Source: Coraliomargarita sp. (GTDB taxonomy: Bacteria; Verrucomicrobiota; Verrucomicrobiia; Opitutales; Coraliomargaritaceae). Taken from it: DNA of 64,000 nt. Numbering within the stretch: position 1 is the first letter of the stretch; every line of letters begins with the position of its first letter. The notes below the pieces were generated by a model, which had not been told where the DNA came from, searched no databases, and was given only the letters and a program-made list of their open reading frames with translations. Shown piece by piece: positions 9,910 to 18,811 of the stretch. The translations under genes and the position numbers were made by a program. Location: the NCBI GenBank assembly GCA_965216325.1, contig OZ244160.1:1-64000 (forward strand). Reading direction: 5' to 3'.

Positions 9910-10206
9910 ATGAAACCGGGACGCGTAATCGGCACAGTGACCATGAGCGAGGCAGCACCGCAATTTCGCGGCGCACGCTGGCTACTGGTGTGCCCAATGG
10001 GAGCAGACGAGCTTACAGATAAAAATGAGTATGGCTCTGGCTGGTCCCCTGTTGTTTATGACCGCCTCGGAGCTGGAGTGGGGGACCCCATTCTTTACGT
10101 TGAAGGTGCTGAAGCGACCCAACCATTTGATGAGCCCACACCACTCGACGCCATTTCAGTCGCTCTACTCGATACTTACCAATACACCCCGCCCGCAGAG
10201 GCATAA
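9910..10206 (+). CDS. BMC-P vertex protein (EutN/CcmL)
   Basis: GRVIGTVT, VYDRLGAGVGD, EGAEA, PLDA. Confidence 0.88.
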   Translation: MKPGRVIGTVTMSEAAPQFRGARWLLVCPMGADELTDKNEYGSGWSPVVYDRLGAGVGDPILYVEGAEATQPFDEPTPLDAISVALLDTYQYTPPAEA

Positions 10207-10242
10207 ACGCAACACACACTTTAAAATCCAACAGAAATTATC

Positions 10243-11328
10243 ATGAGCAAGCTATACACCGCTAAAGAACTTGAACGTATGATTCAGCAAGGGCAGTCCC
10301 TTTGTGACATCCCTGAAAACGCGAAGCTGACTCCAATGGCGCGCGACATTCTTCGCCAGCACAAGAAGAACAAGCCAGCTGCCGTTGCCGCAGCTCCTGC
10401 AGCCGCAGCAGCCAGTAACACGCCAAAGATCCACAATCCTGTGCTTCCTGACGCGGAATACAGCTGGGTGCCTGGAGGTGATCCAAAGACTGCAGCAGAA
10501 CTTGAGAAGTTCTTCTATTCTCCAGAGATCCAAGCGCTCAAGGAGCGTATCTGCCACATCGGTGAGCGTATCTGGAACAAGGGCTACGTTGACGGTAACG
10601 GCGGTAACATCACTGTTCGCGTTGGTGACAACATGGTGCTGTGCACACCGACTCTTATTTCCAAGGGCTTCATGACACCGGACGATATCTGCATGGTTGA
10701 CCTCGATGGTAACCAGATTGCCGGCACACGCCCACGCACATCTGAGGTGAACACTCACCTTGCGATCATGAAGCACGAGCCAAAGGCAAAGTCTTGCGTG
10801 CACGCTCACCCGGTTTACGGCACTGCATTCGCAGTTGCCGGTGTCACACCACCAGCTTGCTTGATCCCTGAGCCAGAAGTATTCCTCGGTGAGATCGGTT
10901 TCGCTAGCTACCAGACTCCGGGGTCGCCTGAGAACGCGAAGGAAGTTGGCCGTCTTGCTCAAAAGCACCAGTCCATCCTTATGCAGAATCACGGTGTGAT
11001 CGTTTGGGGTAAGGACGTTGAGGACGCTTACTGGAAAATGGAAAACACTGATGCATTCTGCCAAACGGTGGCAGTGACCATGCAAATCGGTGGTCCGAAG
11101 AAGTATGGTCCAGACAAGCTGAAGGAACTGATCCAAATTCGCCAAAAGCTCGGTATGCCTGACCACCGCCTTGATGAGCTCAAGGAGTGCGAACTTTGCG
11201 ACGCAGGTGATACTACAGTGAACACCAACCCACAGCCAAGCGCATGTGGTTGCGAGATTCCAACCGGTGATGTCGATGAAGCGCTTGTGCAGAAGATCAC
11301 CGACATGATCATGCAGAAGCTTAGCTAA
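10243..11328 (+). CDS. Class II aldolase (fuculose/rhamnulose-1-phosphate) with terminal extensions
   Basis: GNGGNIT, TSE, HAHP, NHG Zn/catalytic motifs; C-terminal DEALVQKITDMIMQKL encapsulation peptide. Confidence 0.92.
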   Translation: MSKLYTAKELERMIQQGQSLCDIPENAKLTPMARDILRQHKKNKPAAVAAAPAAAAASNTPKIHNPVLPDAEYSWVPGGDPKTAAELEKFFYSPEIQALKERICHIGERIWNKGYVDGNGGNITVRVGDNMVLCTPTLISKGFMTPDDICMVDLDGNQIAGTRPRTSEVNTHLAIMKHEPKAKSCVHAHPVYGTAFAVAGVTPPACLIPEPEVFLGEIGFASYQTPGSPENAKEVGRLAQKHQSILMQNHGVIVWGKDVEDAYWKMENTDAFCQTVAVTMQIGGPKKYGPDKLKELIQIRQKLGMPDHRLDELKECELCDAGDTTVNTNPQPSACGCEIPTGDVDEALVQKITDMIMQKLS

Positions 11329-11355
11329 GATTTAACCTCAGCCATCTACCTACCT

Positions 11356-12351
11356 ATGAAGAAAGCTCCAATTCGTGTCGCAGTTACCGGTGCCGCCGGT
11401 AACATTGGTTATGCTCTGCTGTTCCGTATCGCATCGGGTGCGATGTTCGGTCCAGACCAACCAGTTGCTTTGAACCTCATCGAGATTGAGCCGGGTATGG
11501 ATGCCCTCAAGGGCGTCGCGATGGAGCTCGACGACTGTGCATTCCCATTGCTCACCGAGATCGTTCAAACATCTGACCTGAGCGTTGGATTCAAGGATGT
11601 CGATTGGGCACTCCTTGTTGGCTCGGTGCCTCGCAAGAAGGGCATGGAGCGCGCGGACCTTCTGGGTATCAACGGCAAGGTCTTCGTTGGTCAGGGGCAA
11701 GCGATCAACGACAATGCAAAGCCAAGCGTTCGTGTTGTTGTGGTCGGTAACCCATGCAACACTAATTGCCTCATCGCAATGAAGAGCGCGCCGAACATTC
11801 CGAATGAGCAGTTCTTTGCAATGACTCGCCTCGACGAGAACCGCGCGAAGACACAGATTGCTCAAAAGGCAGGCGTGCCGGTTAAGGAGGTTTCTGAACT
11901 GTGCGTTTGGGGTAACCACAGCCCGAGCATGTTCCCGGATTTCTACAACACCAAGATTGGCCGCCAGAAGGCAACCGACGTCATTGCAGATGAGAACTGG
12001 TTTAAGAACACTTTTGTTCCAGACGTAGGCACTCGTGGTGCGGCAATCATCGCTGCGCGTGGTGCATCCTCTGCTGCTTCCGCTGCCAACGCAGTGGTGG
12101 ACACAGTGCGTGACTTGGTGAACCCAACACGCGGTGACTTCCACTCCGTCTGTGTGATTTCTAATGGTGAATACGGCACTCCTGCCGGTATCATCACTTC
12201 CTTACCCATCAAGGTGGATGCAATTGGCAAATGGCGTGTGGTTGAGGGTATTAAGCTTACCGACTACGCGAAGGAAAAGATCCAGGCATCTAACGATGAA
12301 CTTCTTGAAGAGCGTAAGGTTGCCTTTGGTCAGCTTGGCTTGAGCATTTAG
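11356..12351 (+). CDS. mdh: Malate dehydrogenase (LDH/MDH superfamily, type 2)
   Basis: [46 protein letters not shown]. Confidence 0.88.
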   Translation: MKKAPIRVAVTGAAGNIGYALLFRIASGAMFGPDQPVALNLIEIEPGMDALKGVAMELDDCAFPLLTEIVQTSDLSVGFKDVDWALLVGSVPRKKGMERADLLGINGKVFVGQGQAINDNAKPSVRVVVVGNPCNTNCLIAMKSAPNIPNEQFFAMTRLDENRAKTQIAQKAGVPVKEVSELCVWGNHSPSMFPDFYNTKIGRQKATDVIADENWFKNTFVPDVGTRGAAIIAARGASSAASAANAVVDTVRDLVNPTRGDFHSVCVISNGEYGTPAGIITSLPIKVDAIGKWRVVEGIKLTDYAKEKIQASNDELLEERKVAFGQLGLSI

Positions 12352-12393
12352 ATATCTCTCTCCCTAGTATAGTAGGATCCCTGATCCTCATGT

Positions 12394-12427
12394 CGGGCGT
12401 CGTCGCTAAAGGCGGCGCCCGCTTTAT
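12394..12427 (+). terminator. Probable intrinsic terminator after mdh
   Basis: cgggcgtcgtc-gctaaa-ggcggcgcccg hairpin followed by ctttat. Confidence 0.55.
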
Positions 12428-12491
12428 ATCTACTCTGACTAACCTGATTCACTACACTTGAATTTTTTTACAACTCAGAGAATTGGATAAA

Positions 12492-13721
12492 ATGAATTTC
12501 GACGAAAACGATATTAGCCGTATTGTTAGTGAGGTGCTATCCGCAGTGAACAAAGATTCCAGCGAGAGTGCACCTCAACAGGACACTCCAGTGGGTCCGG
12601 CCGGTGTGAGGGCTGGACGCGCTGCAGTGTTAGTGGAGCCGCGCAAATTGGAAATCCGCGAATTCCCGCTGCGTGAGATCGGACCGGATGAGATTCTGGT
12701 TAAGGTTGAGGCCTGTGGTGTGTGCGGAACGGATGTGCACTGCTATAAGTCGGATCCGTTTGGCCTGACTCCGAACGTGCTTGGTCACGAGGGCACTGGT
12801 GAAGTGCTTGAGGTTGGTGCTGACGTCAAGATGGACAGCGTAGGTAAGCCAGTAAAAGTTGGTGATAAGATTGTTACTAGCTTGTTGGAAACATCCCCGG
12901 ATTGCTTGGTCGCAAAATACAATCCAGCGAAGACCAATCTTAGTGACGATCTGAAGGTCTATGGCCTGTTGCCCGATGAGCCGGATAATCACTTTAATGG
13001 CTATTTCGGTGAATACCTGATCATTCGCCCCGGCTCTTCGTTCTTCGTTGTGAACGATATGAGCGTCGAGCTACGCTGCTTGATTGAGCCGGCTGCTGTG
13101 GTTTGCCACGCGCTGGAGCGTGCACGGAGCTGCGGTAATAATAAGTTGAATTTCCGTTCCCGTGTGGTGGTCCAAGGCTGTGGCCCGATCGGTCTTTTGA
13201 TGATCGCGGTGCTGCGCACTGCAGGTGTGAACAACATCATCGCACTCGACGGTAATCCTGGGCGCCTTGAAATTGCGCGCCGCATGGGTGCTGATGAACT
13301 CATCAATTATAAGGAATACTCCGGCATCGATGAGATTGCAGAGAAGATTAAAGGCCTGACCAAGGGACTCGGCGCACACTGGGGCTTCCAAGTTACTGGT
13401 GTTCCCGTTGCACATGCGAACCTGTATAAGTTGATTCGTCGTGGTGGCGGTATCTGTGAGGTCGGTCACTTTGTCGATGGTGGTGAATGCGCGATCAATC
13501 CACACCGCGACATCTGCGCGAAGGAAATCTCTTTGGTCGGTAGCTGGGTTTACAATAGCTTTGAGTATCCAAGTGCATACCACTTCCTGCAGCGTGCCGA
13601 ACGCATTGGCATTCCGGTATCTTCGCTGGTAACGCACAAGTTCCCGCTCGACCAGATTGACGAAGCGTTCCAGACGAACCTTCGCCAGGAGGGCGTGAAG
13701 GTCGTAGTTGAGGCGCGTTAA
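12492..13721 (+). CDS. Zn-dependent (MDR) alcohol dehydrogenase with encapsulation peptide; probable lactaldehyde reductase
   Basis: CGVCGTDVH, GHE, EP, GCGPIG; N-terminal DENDISRIVSEVLSAV plus Pro-rich linker. Confidence 0.88.
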   Translation: MNFDENDISRIVSEVLSAVNKDSSESAPQQDTPVGPAGVRAGRAAVLVEPRKLEIREFPLREIGPDEILVKVEACGVCGTDVHCYKSDPFGLTPNVLGHEGTGEVLEVGADVKMDSVGKPVKVGDKIVTSLLETSPDCLVAKYNPAKTNLSDDLKVYGLLPDEPDNHFNGYFGEYLIIRPGSSFFVVNDMSVELRCLIEPAAVVCHALERARSCGNNKLNFRSRVVVQGCGPIGLLMIAVLRTAGVNNIIALDGNPGRLEIARRMGADELINYKEYSGIDEIAEKIKGLTKGLGAHWGFQVTGVPVAHANLYKLIRRGGGICEVGHFVDGGECAINPHRDICAKEISLVGSWVYNSFEYPSAYHFLQRAERIGIPVSSLVTHKFPLDQIDEAFQTNLRQEGVKVVVEAR

Positions 13722-13727
13722 GACATT

Positions 13728-14561
13728 TTAACTGGCGCCCAGCTCTTTGAGGGCTTGGGCGTCAGGATCATCGACAACTAGGTGCGGCATGGTCTTGCCG
13801 AGCATGTTGAGTTCGTCCTTGGTCATTAGCAGTGCTGCGGTGGACCAGATCTCTGCGCTCGCTGCGTTGGAATCCACAACCCAAATGCGTGGGTAGGTGT
13901 AGCTGATGTCGACTGTTCGTGAGGACACGATATGGTTGCCTTGTATGCCGGTGCCTGAGGCGCTCAGCGCTTGGTTGTTCAGTTCTATGATACAGTCATC
14001 GTGATCACCGCTGAGACGGATTTTCCAAGGCGAGGGCCCATAGGCAAGTTGTGAGCTCGCACCTGCGGAGAGCAGTGCAGCGTCGATCTTGCCCCACTCT
14101 TGAATGCGCTTCAGCAGTTGATCGAGGGCGAAGCCTTTACCGATGCCGCCGAGGTCGAGTTCTCGTCCTGACTCAATGCAATGGACTGCCGGGCGATCTG
14201 GATCGACCATCAATTGACCGCTGATCTCCGGCGGTGGGCCCTCTTGTTTGTTTTTACGATGCTCGATTTGTCGACCCAGTGTAATATCGAATAAGCCACC
14301 GGTTTCGACGTAGGCATCGAGTGCAATGCGTAAACAGGCATAGGCGGTGTCGCCGAGGAAGAGGGTTTCATCCGCCTGCATCTGGTTGATTTTCCAGATG
14401 TCGCTACCTTCGACATAGCGACTGAGTTGCGCTTCGATATCATCAAGTAGTCGGAAGCAGTCTTGAGCGACATCCTTGGCGAATGTGGCATCGTCGGTTT
14501 TGAGTCGAAGCGTGAAGGTGGTCTTCATCGCCTCGTGTTCGAAAAGCTGTGTTTGGCTCAT
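13728..14561 (-). CDS. FAD:protein FMN transferase (ApbE family), no signal peptide
   Basis: AMKTTF, LSRY...SDI, GLFDIT, DLGGIGKGFA, SASG, HIV; ATG at 14561 overlaps the upstream stop. Confidence 0.85.
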   Translation of the reverse strand: MSQTQLFEHEAMKTTFTLRLKTDDATFAKDVAQDCFRLLDDIEAQLSRYVEGSDIWKINQMQADETLFLGDTAYACLRIALDAYVETGGLFDITLGRQIEHRKNKQEGPPPEISGQLMVDPDRPAVHCIESGRELDLGGIGKGFALDQLLKRIQEWGKIDAALLSAGASSQLAYGPSPWKIRLSGDHDDCIIELNNQALSASGTGIQGNHIVSSRTVDISYTYPRIWVVDSNAASAEIWSTAALLMTKDELNMLGKTMPHLVVDDPDAQALKELGAS

Positions 14562-16084
14562 GGCGTGTTGGGGACTTCGTTCCATTGTTTCCAGAGGTCG
14601 TTGTGGAGATACACCGTCGTGGAGACGTTGTTGCGCAATCCTCTGGGGAGGGCGACATGCGTGGAGAGAAGAAGTTCGTTGGTTGCTGCCTCGTGCTCGG
14701 ACATGGCGATCACAATGGGGTAGTCGCACATGGCATCAGTCGGTTGTGTCCAGTAGCCGACGGTTTCGAATGTGCGTAAATACCAAGGCAAGGGCCAATA
14801 GCCACTACCGATGACTGCAACGGGTTTGAGTGGATCCGGAGCGGTCAATTCCTGAAGTTGGATAAACCAATGTTCGAGTGATTCGATGTCTTTGCTGGTC
14901 GGGACGTAGGCGTAGGGGTTCCGTGCGTCATTGGCATACGGACCACTGGACCGTAGGCTTTGCTGAGTCTGATAGAGCATGGTGACGGCAAACAGGAGCA
15001 CTGCGGCGACCCGGATGCTGCGTGAGAACGCATTGAGTTGTTGCAGGGCAAGCCCGGCGAGCAGGCAGGCATGTGCCCAGGGCACGAGCATCAACCAAGG
15101 AGTCTTATAGCTGATGATGCTGTAGATTACAATGTGTGTACAGGTTGCGACGCTGAGAAAGAGTGCAGCCCCACGCCTCTGACGCTGAAGGAGCGCCGCG
15201 GCAGTTGCAAACGTGCCAAGCAGTGCGACGGCAATCTCGGTCCACCACTGTCCAAGCCGATGCTTCGGCCAAAGCAATAGCTCGAGGTAATAGACAAAGC
15301 TTTTGTCATGACCTGCCGAGGTTTCGTAAACGAAGTAGGTCCGGACCGCGTCGATTACTCCATCGAGGGAACGAAAGCCATTGCTGTAGAATACAACCGA
15401 GATAAAGGCAGCGGAGAGCGCCAGCAGTATCGTTGGGCTAATATATGTTCGAAACGCTGGGGGCGCTTGTGGCTCGAGCCATTGCTGCTGGCGTGCGGCC
15501 CAATACAGACTACTTGCTGCTCCCCAGCTGAGCAGGCTGATGACAAAGGTTTCTTTCGTTGCAAACATCAGGCCAATGCTGATGCCCGTAAGAATCGCGA
15601 GGGGGCGTGTCGGTCGCTGCAAAAATTGATAGCCCCAGCCGCAGGCTAGCATGGCAAAGAAGACCAGCCAACTCTCGTGGATATACATGCGATTATAGTA
15701 AACCAGGAGTGGTGAGCTGGCGAGTAGGGCGGCCGCGGCCAATGTAGCTGGGTGTCCAATCTGACGAAGCCAGACTAGGGGGCTGAGCACTAATAAAAGT
15801 CCGGCTAACACGACATCAATTCGTAGGCCCGTCTTAGTCAGTGCTTTCCAACTGTGCTCGCCGGTGAGTGCTGAAAGCAGCGTAGAACTGTAGGTCAGAA
15901 ACGGGCCGTGGCAATGCTTCGGGTCGAAGCTGTAATTGTTGCTATCCAAGCGAGTCGAGAGAATGCGTGCACCGGTTGCCTCATCTGCATGCATGGGGCG
16001 CTCCGCAAGGCCATCTACACGGAGCCATGTGGCGAGCGCGAGGATAATGAGCCATGCTAAGCAGATAAGGTAACGTTGAGGCAT
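14558..16084 (-). CDS. TIGR03663-like polytopic membrane glycosyltransferase (GT-C/PMT-like)
   Basis: RPMHADEA, HGP, YYNRMYIHE, ATKET, YKTPW, NPYAY, YWPLPWYLR. Confidence 0.75.
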   Translation of the reverse strand: MPQRYLICLAWLIILALATWLRVDGLAERPMHADEATGARILSTRLDSNNYSFDPKHCHGPFLTYSSTLLSALTGEHSWKALTKTGLRIDVVLAGLLLVLSPLVWLRQIGHPATLAAAALLASSPLLVYYNRMYIHESWLVFFAMLACGWGYQFLQRPTRPLAILTGISIGLMFATKETFVISLLSWGAASSLYWAARQQQWLEPQAPPAFRTYISPTILLALSAAFISVVFYSNGFRSLDGVIDAVRTYFVYETSAGHDKSFVYYLELLLWPKHRLGQWWTEIAVALLGTFATAAALLQRQRRGAALFLSVATCTHIVIYSIISYKTPWLMLVPWAHACLLAGLALQQLNAFSRSIRVAAVLLFAVTMLYQTQQSLRSSGPYANDARNPYAYVPTSKDIESLEHWFIQLQELTAPDPLKPVAVIGSGYWPLPWYLRTFETVGYWTQPTDAMCDYPIVIAMSEHEAATNELLLSTHVALPRGLRNNVSTTVYLHNDLWKQWNEVPNTP

Positions 16085-16160
16085 ATTGAAGTGTGATTGC
16101 AAAATAATTTTCAGATGTCTGCAATCATGCTTTGCCATTGATGTTCCGAAATTGAGTTGT

Positions 16161-16919
16161 ATGAATCTTGGCGTGTCGAAGCCCCTACAGTCTGTTGTTT
16201 TAGTAACCCCCGTTTGGAATGATGCTACCCGTTTGGGGCTTTTTGGCCCTAGTTTGGCCCGTGCCCTTGCTGCGTCTGGGTTGCCTGTGCGCTGGATTGT
16301 TGCGGACGATGGCTCGTCTCAAGAAGAGCAGGGAAGGGTGCAGGAGCTGGTGCGTTGCTTTAGTGAACAGTATCCAGCAGTTGAGGCTATGCTATTTGCA
16401 GAGCGTTCGCACAAGGGGGGCGCTGTTTACTCGGCTTGGGATGCCTGTCCGGAGGCTGACTGGCTTGGGTTTGTCGATGCGGATGGCGCGATCGACGCGG
16501 ATTCGACTATTCGGCTGATCCAGCATGCTATGGCCCAAGGGACGAATGGCGGCTGTATCGGTATACGACATGATGCTGCAGATACCCCGGTGGATCGTCC
16601 CATGGGGCGAGCACTATCCTTTAAAGTCTTTTCGTGTTTAGTGCACCGATTGGTGGGTATTCGTTTTGAGGATACACAGTGTGGTGCCAAAATTGTGCCT
16701 GGGGGAGGTTATCGAGCGGTCGCTTCAAAGCTCAAAGAGCGAGGCTATATTTTTGATGTCGAGTTGCTGTTAGCGCTCGATCGTTATGGCTGTCGAATCG
16801 AGGAGTTACGCATCCCTTGGCGTGAGATGGCTGGTGGCAAAGTCCACCCCTGGCGTGATGCCTGGCCGATGTTAGCGGGGCTACTCCGCATACGTAAGCG
16901 CCATAAGGCTGACTCATGA
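16161..16919 (+). CDS. GT2 glycosyltransferase (polyprenyl-phosphate glycosyltransferase-like)
   Basis: PVWND, DDGS, KGGAV, FVDADG, DTQCGAK, FDVELL. Confidence 0.88.
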   Translation: MNLGVSKPLQSVVLVTPVWNDATRLGLFGPSLARALAASGLPVRWIVADDGSSQEEQGRVQELVRCFSEQYPAVEAMLFAERSHKGGAVYSAWDACPEADWLGFVDADGAIDADSTIRLIQHAMAQGTNGGCIGIRHDAADTPVDRPMGRALSFKVFSCLVHRLVGIRFEDTQCGAKIVPGGGYRAVASKLKERGYIFDVELLLALDRYGCRIEELRIPWREMAGGKVHPWRDAWPMLAGLLRIRKRHKADS

Positions 16920-17083
16920 ATTCCCCACGTTATCGTACAATACCCCAGGTAAAAAACCTGATCAGTCTATTCCTAATTCCACGCGAGTTACGTTGCAACC
17001 TGACTAGTCTGACGCGCTAAACATCGCCGATTTTATTAAGTAGGCTTTTAGCTGCCGCGGTGAATGCTGCTTGCTTTCGTAAG

Positions 17084-17827
17084 TCAGGAAGGCTGTGAGG
17101 TGCCGTGCTCTCTGCGATATTGGCCAGGTGCTGAGCCAAAGAGCTTTCGGAACTCGCGGGAGAAGTGGCTGTGGTCGTAAAAGCCGACTTCTTGCGCAAT
17201 ATGGCTGAGCGTCTCATCCGTATGCACGAGCATCTGACTGGCACGAGTTAGGCGATAGCGAATTAGAAAGCGAGACGGAGTCTGCTGAAAGACGGTGCGG
17301 AAGCGGCGCTCAAATTGGCTCACGGACAGTCCTGCCACTTTCGCGAGATCCGCGACTTCGATGGGGGCGTCGTAGTGTGCATTGATGTAATCGACCGCTG
17401 CGTTCATGCGCCGGTAGGGCTGCCATGCAGTGTCGCTTCGGTCAAAGTCACGCATGCAGCCGATGATGCCGACACAGTTGCCGTTCTTATCCATCAGCGG
17501 GAATTTGCTGGTGATATGCCACGAGACGGATCCGTCGGGGTTGGCGACAAGTTCCACACGGCGAAGTATGGGTTCCAAGCTATCCATGACATGTGCATCA
17601 TCCCTTGCATAGTGGGCGATCATATAGCTGGGAAAGAAGTCAAAGTCCGTCTTGCCGATAAGCTCCGCTTCGCTTTCGAGACCGAGCTTTTGCAGTTGGA
17701 GTTCGTTTGCGCCGATGAAGCGACCGTCTCTACCTTTCATGAAAAAGTAGATGTCGGTGAAGACGGAGAACAGTTTTAAAATGCTCGAGGGGTCGAGTTC
17801 TGGGTAGGGTATGTCAGGTGTTTGCAT
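17084..17827 (-). CDS. PAS-domain AraC family regulator
   Basis: [21 protein letters not shown] motifs; C-terminal AraC HTH ([12 protein letters not shown]). Confidence 0.9.
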   Translation of the reverse strand: MQTPDIPYPELDPSSILKLFSVFTDIYFFMKGRDGRFIGANELQLQKLGLESEAELIGKTDFDFFPSYMIAHYARDDAHVMDSLEPILRRVELVANPDGSVSWHITSKFPLMDKNGNCVGIIGCMRDFDRSDTAWQPYRRMNAAVDYINAHYDAPIEVADLAKVAGLSVSQFERRFRTVFQQTPSRFLIRYRLTRASQMLVHTDETLSHIAQEVGFYDHSHFSREFRKLFGSAPGQYRREHGTSQPS

Positions 17828-17845
17828 GATGAAGGCTCGATGGGT

Positions 17846-17883
17846 TTGCTGAAAATATACACAAAATTGCGGATTATTTCCAA
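17846..17883 (+). promoter_or_regulatory. Candidate AraC-type direct-repeat operator
   Basis: ttgctgaaaatatacac (17846) and ttgcggattatttccaa (17867), 21-bp period, between divergent genes. Confidence 0.4.
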
Positions 17884-17917
17884 GTTCTTCAAGGCCGTTT
17901 ATGTTATCATTCACACC

Positions 17918-18805
17918 ATGCCTATACGATTTGGTCTTAATACCTTTCTTGTGAGTCCCGGATTTACGGACTCAGACCTTCCCCTTGTTCAGACATTCAA
18001 AGACTACGGTGCCGATGTGATTGAATTAGCGATTGTTGATCCTGCTTCGGTTACTGTTTCGAAACTAAAGGGCGCATTGGAGTCGGCTGGTTTTGAGCAG
18101 CCAGTTGTGTGTGGTGCCTTTGGCCCTGGGCGTGACCTACGCGGTATTTCATCTGAGGTGGAGGCGGCATCGAACTATATCGGTGAGCTGATTGATTTGG
18201 CCGTGGCCTTGGACGCTAAGGTTGTCTGCGGTCCGATGTATTCGGAGACGGGGCGCTCGGGGGCGCATAGTCCTGCGGAGCGCAAAAATCAGTTTGAGCA
18301 GATTGTAGAGGCTTTGAAACCCTTGTGCGCGAAAGCAGAGGCTGCGGGAGTGGTGCTTGCTGTCGAACCATTGAATCGCTTTGAGACGGATTGTATCAAT
18401 ACCTTGGAGCAGGTGCTTGAGCTGATTGATCGTGTTGGAAGTCCTGCGTTGAAAATACATATTGATACCTTCCACATGAACATTGAGGAAGTGAATTCTC
18501 CAGCAGCGATTCGTATGGCCGGTCCGCATATCGCACACGTGCACGCCAGTGCGAGTCATCGGGGTTTGCTGGGGCAGGATCAGGTGGATTGGGCGGGAGT
18601 ATTGTCTGCTCTTAAAGACACGGGCTACTCTGGAGACATTATCATTGAGAGCTTCTCAGCAGATAATCAGGTCATCGCTAGGGCTGCAGCAATTTGGCGT
18701 AAGTTATACGATAGCCCCGAACAGCTAGCGGTGGAAGGACTTCAATTTCTCAAAAAACAGTGGAACTCCATCAAGCTTTCCAGTGGTCAAACAGTTAAAG
18801 TCTAA
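17918..18805 (+). CDS. Sugar phosphate isomerase/epimerase (D-tagatose/psicose 3-epimerase-like)
   Basis: [27 protein letters not shown]. Confidence 0.88.
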   Translation: MPIRFGLNTFLVSPGFTDSDLPLVQTFKDYGADVIELAIVDPASVTVSKLKGALESAGFEQPVVCGAFGPGRDLRGISSEVEAASNYIGELIDLAVALDAKVVCGPMYSETGRSGAHSPAERKNQFEQIVEALKPLCAKAEAAGVVLAVEPLNRFETDCINTLEQVLELIDRVGSPALKIHIDTFHMNIEEVNSPAAIRMAGPHIAHVHASASHRGLLGQDQVDWAGVLSALKDTGYSGDIIIESFSADNQVIARAAAIWRKLYDSPEQLAVEGLQFLKKQWNSIKLSSGQTVKV

Positions 18806-18811
18806 ACAAGG

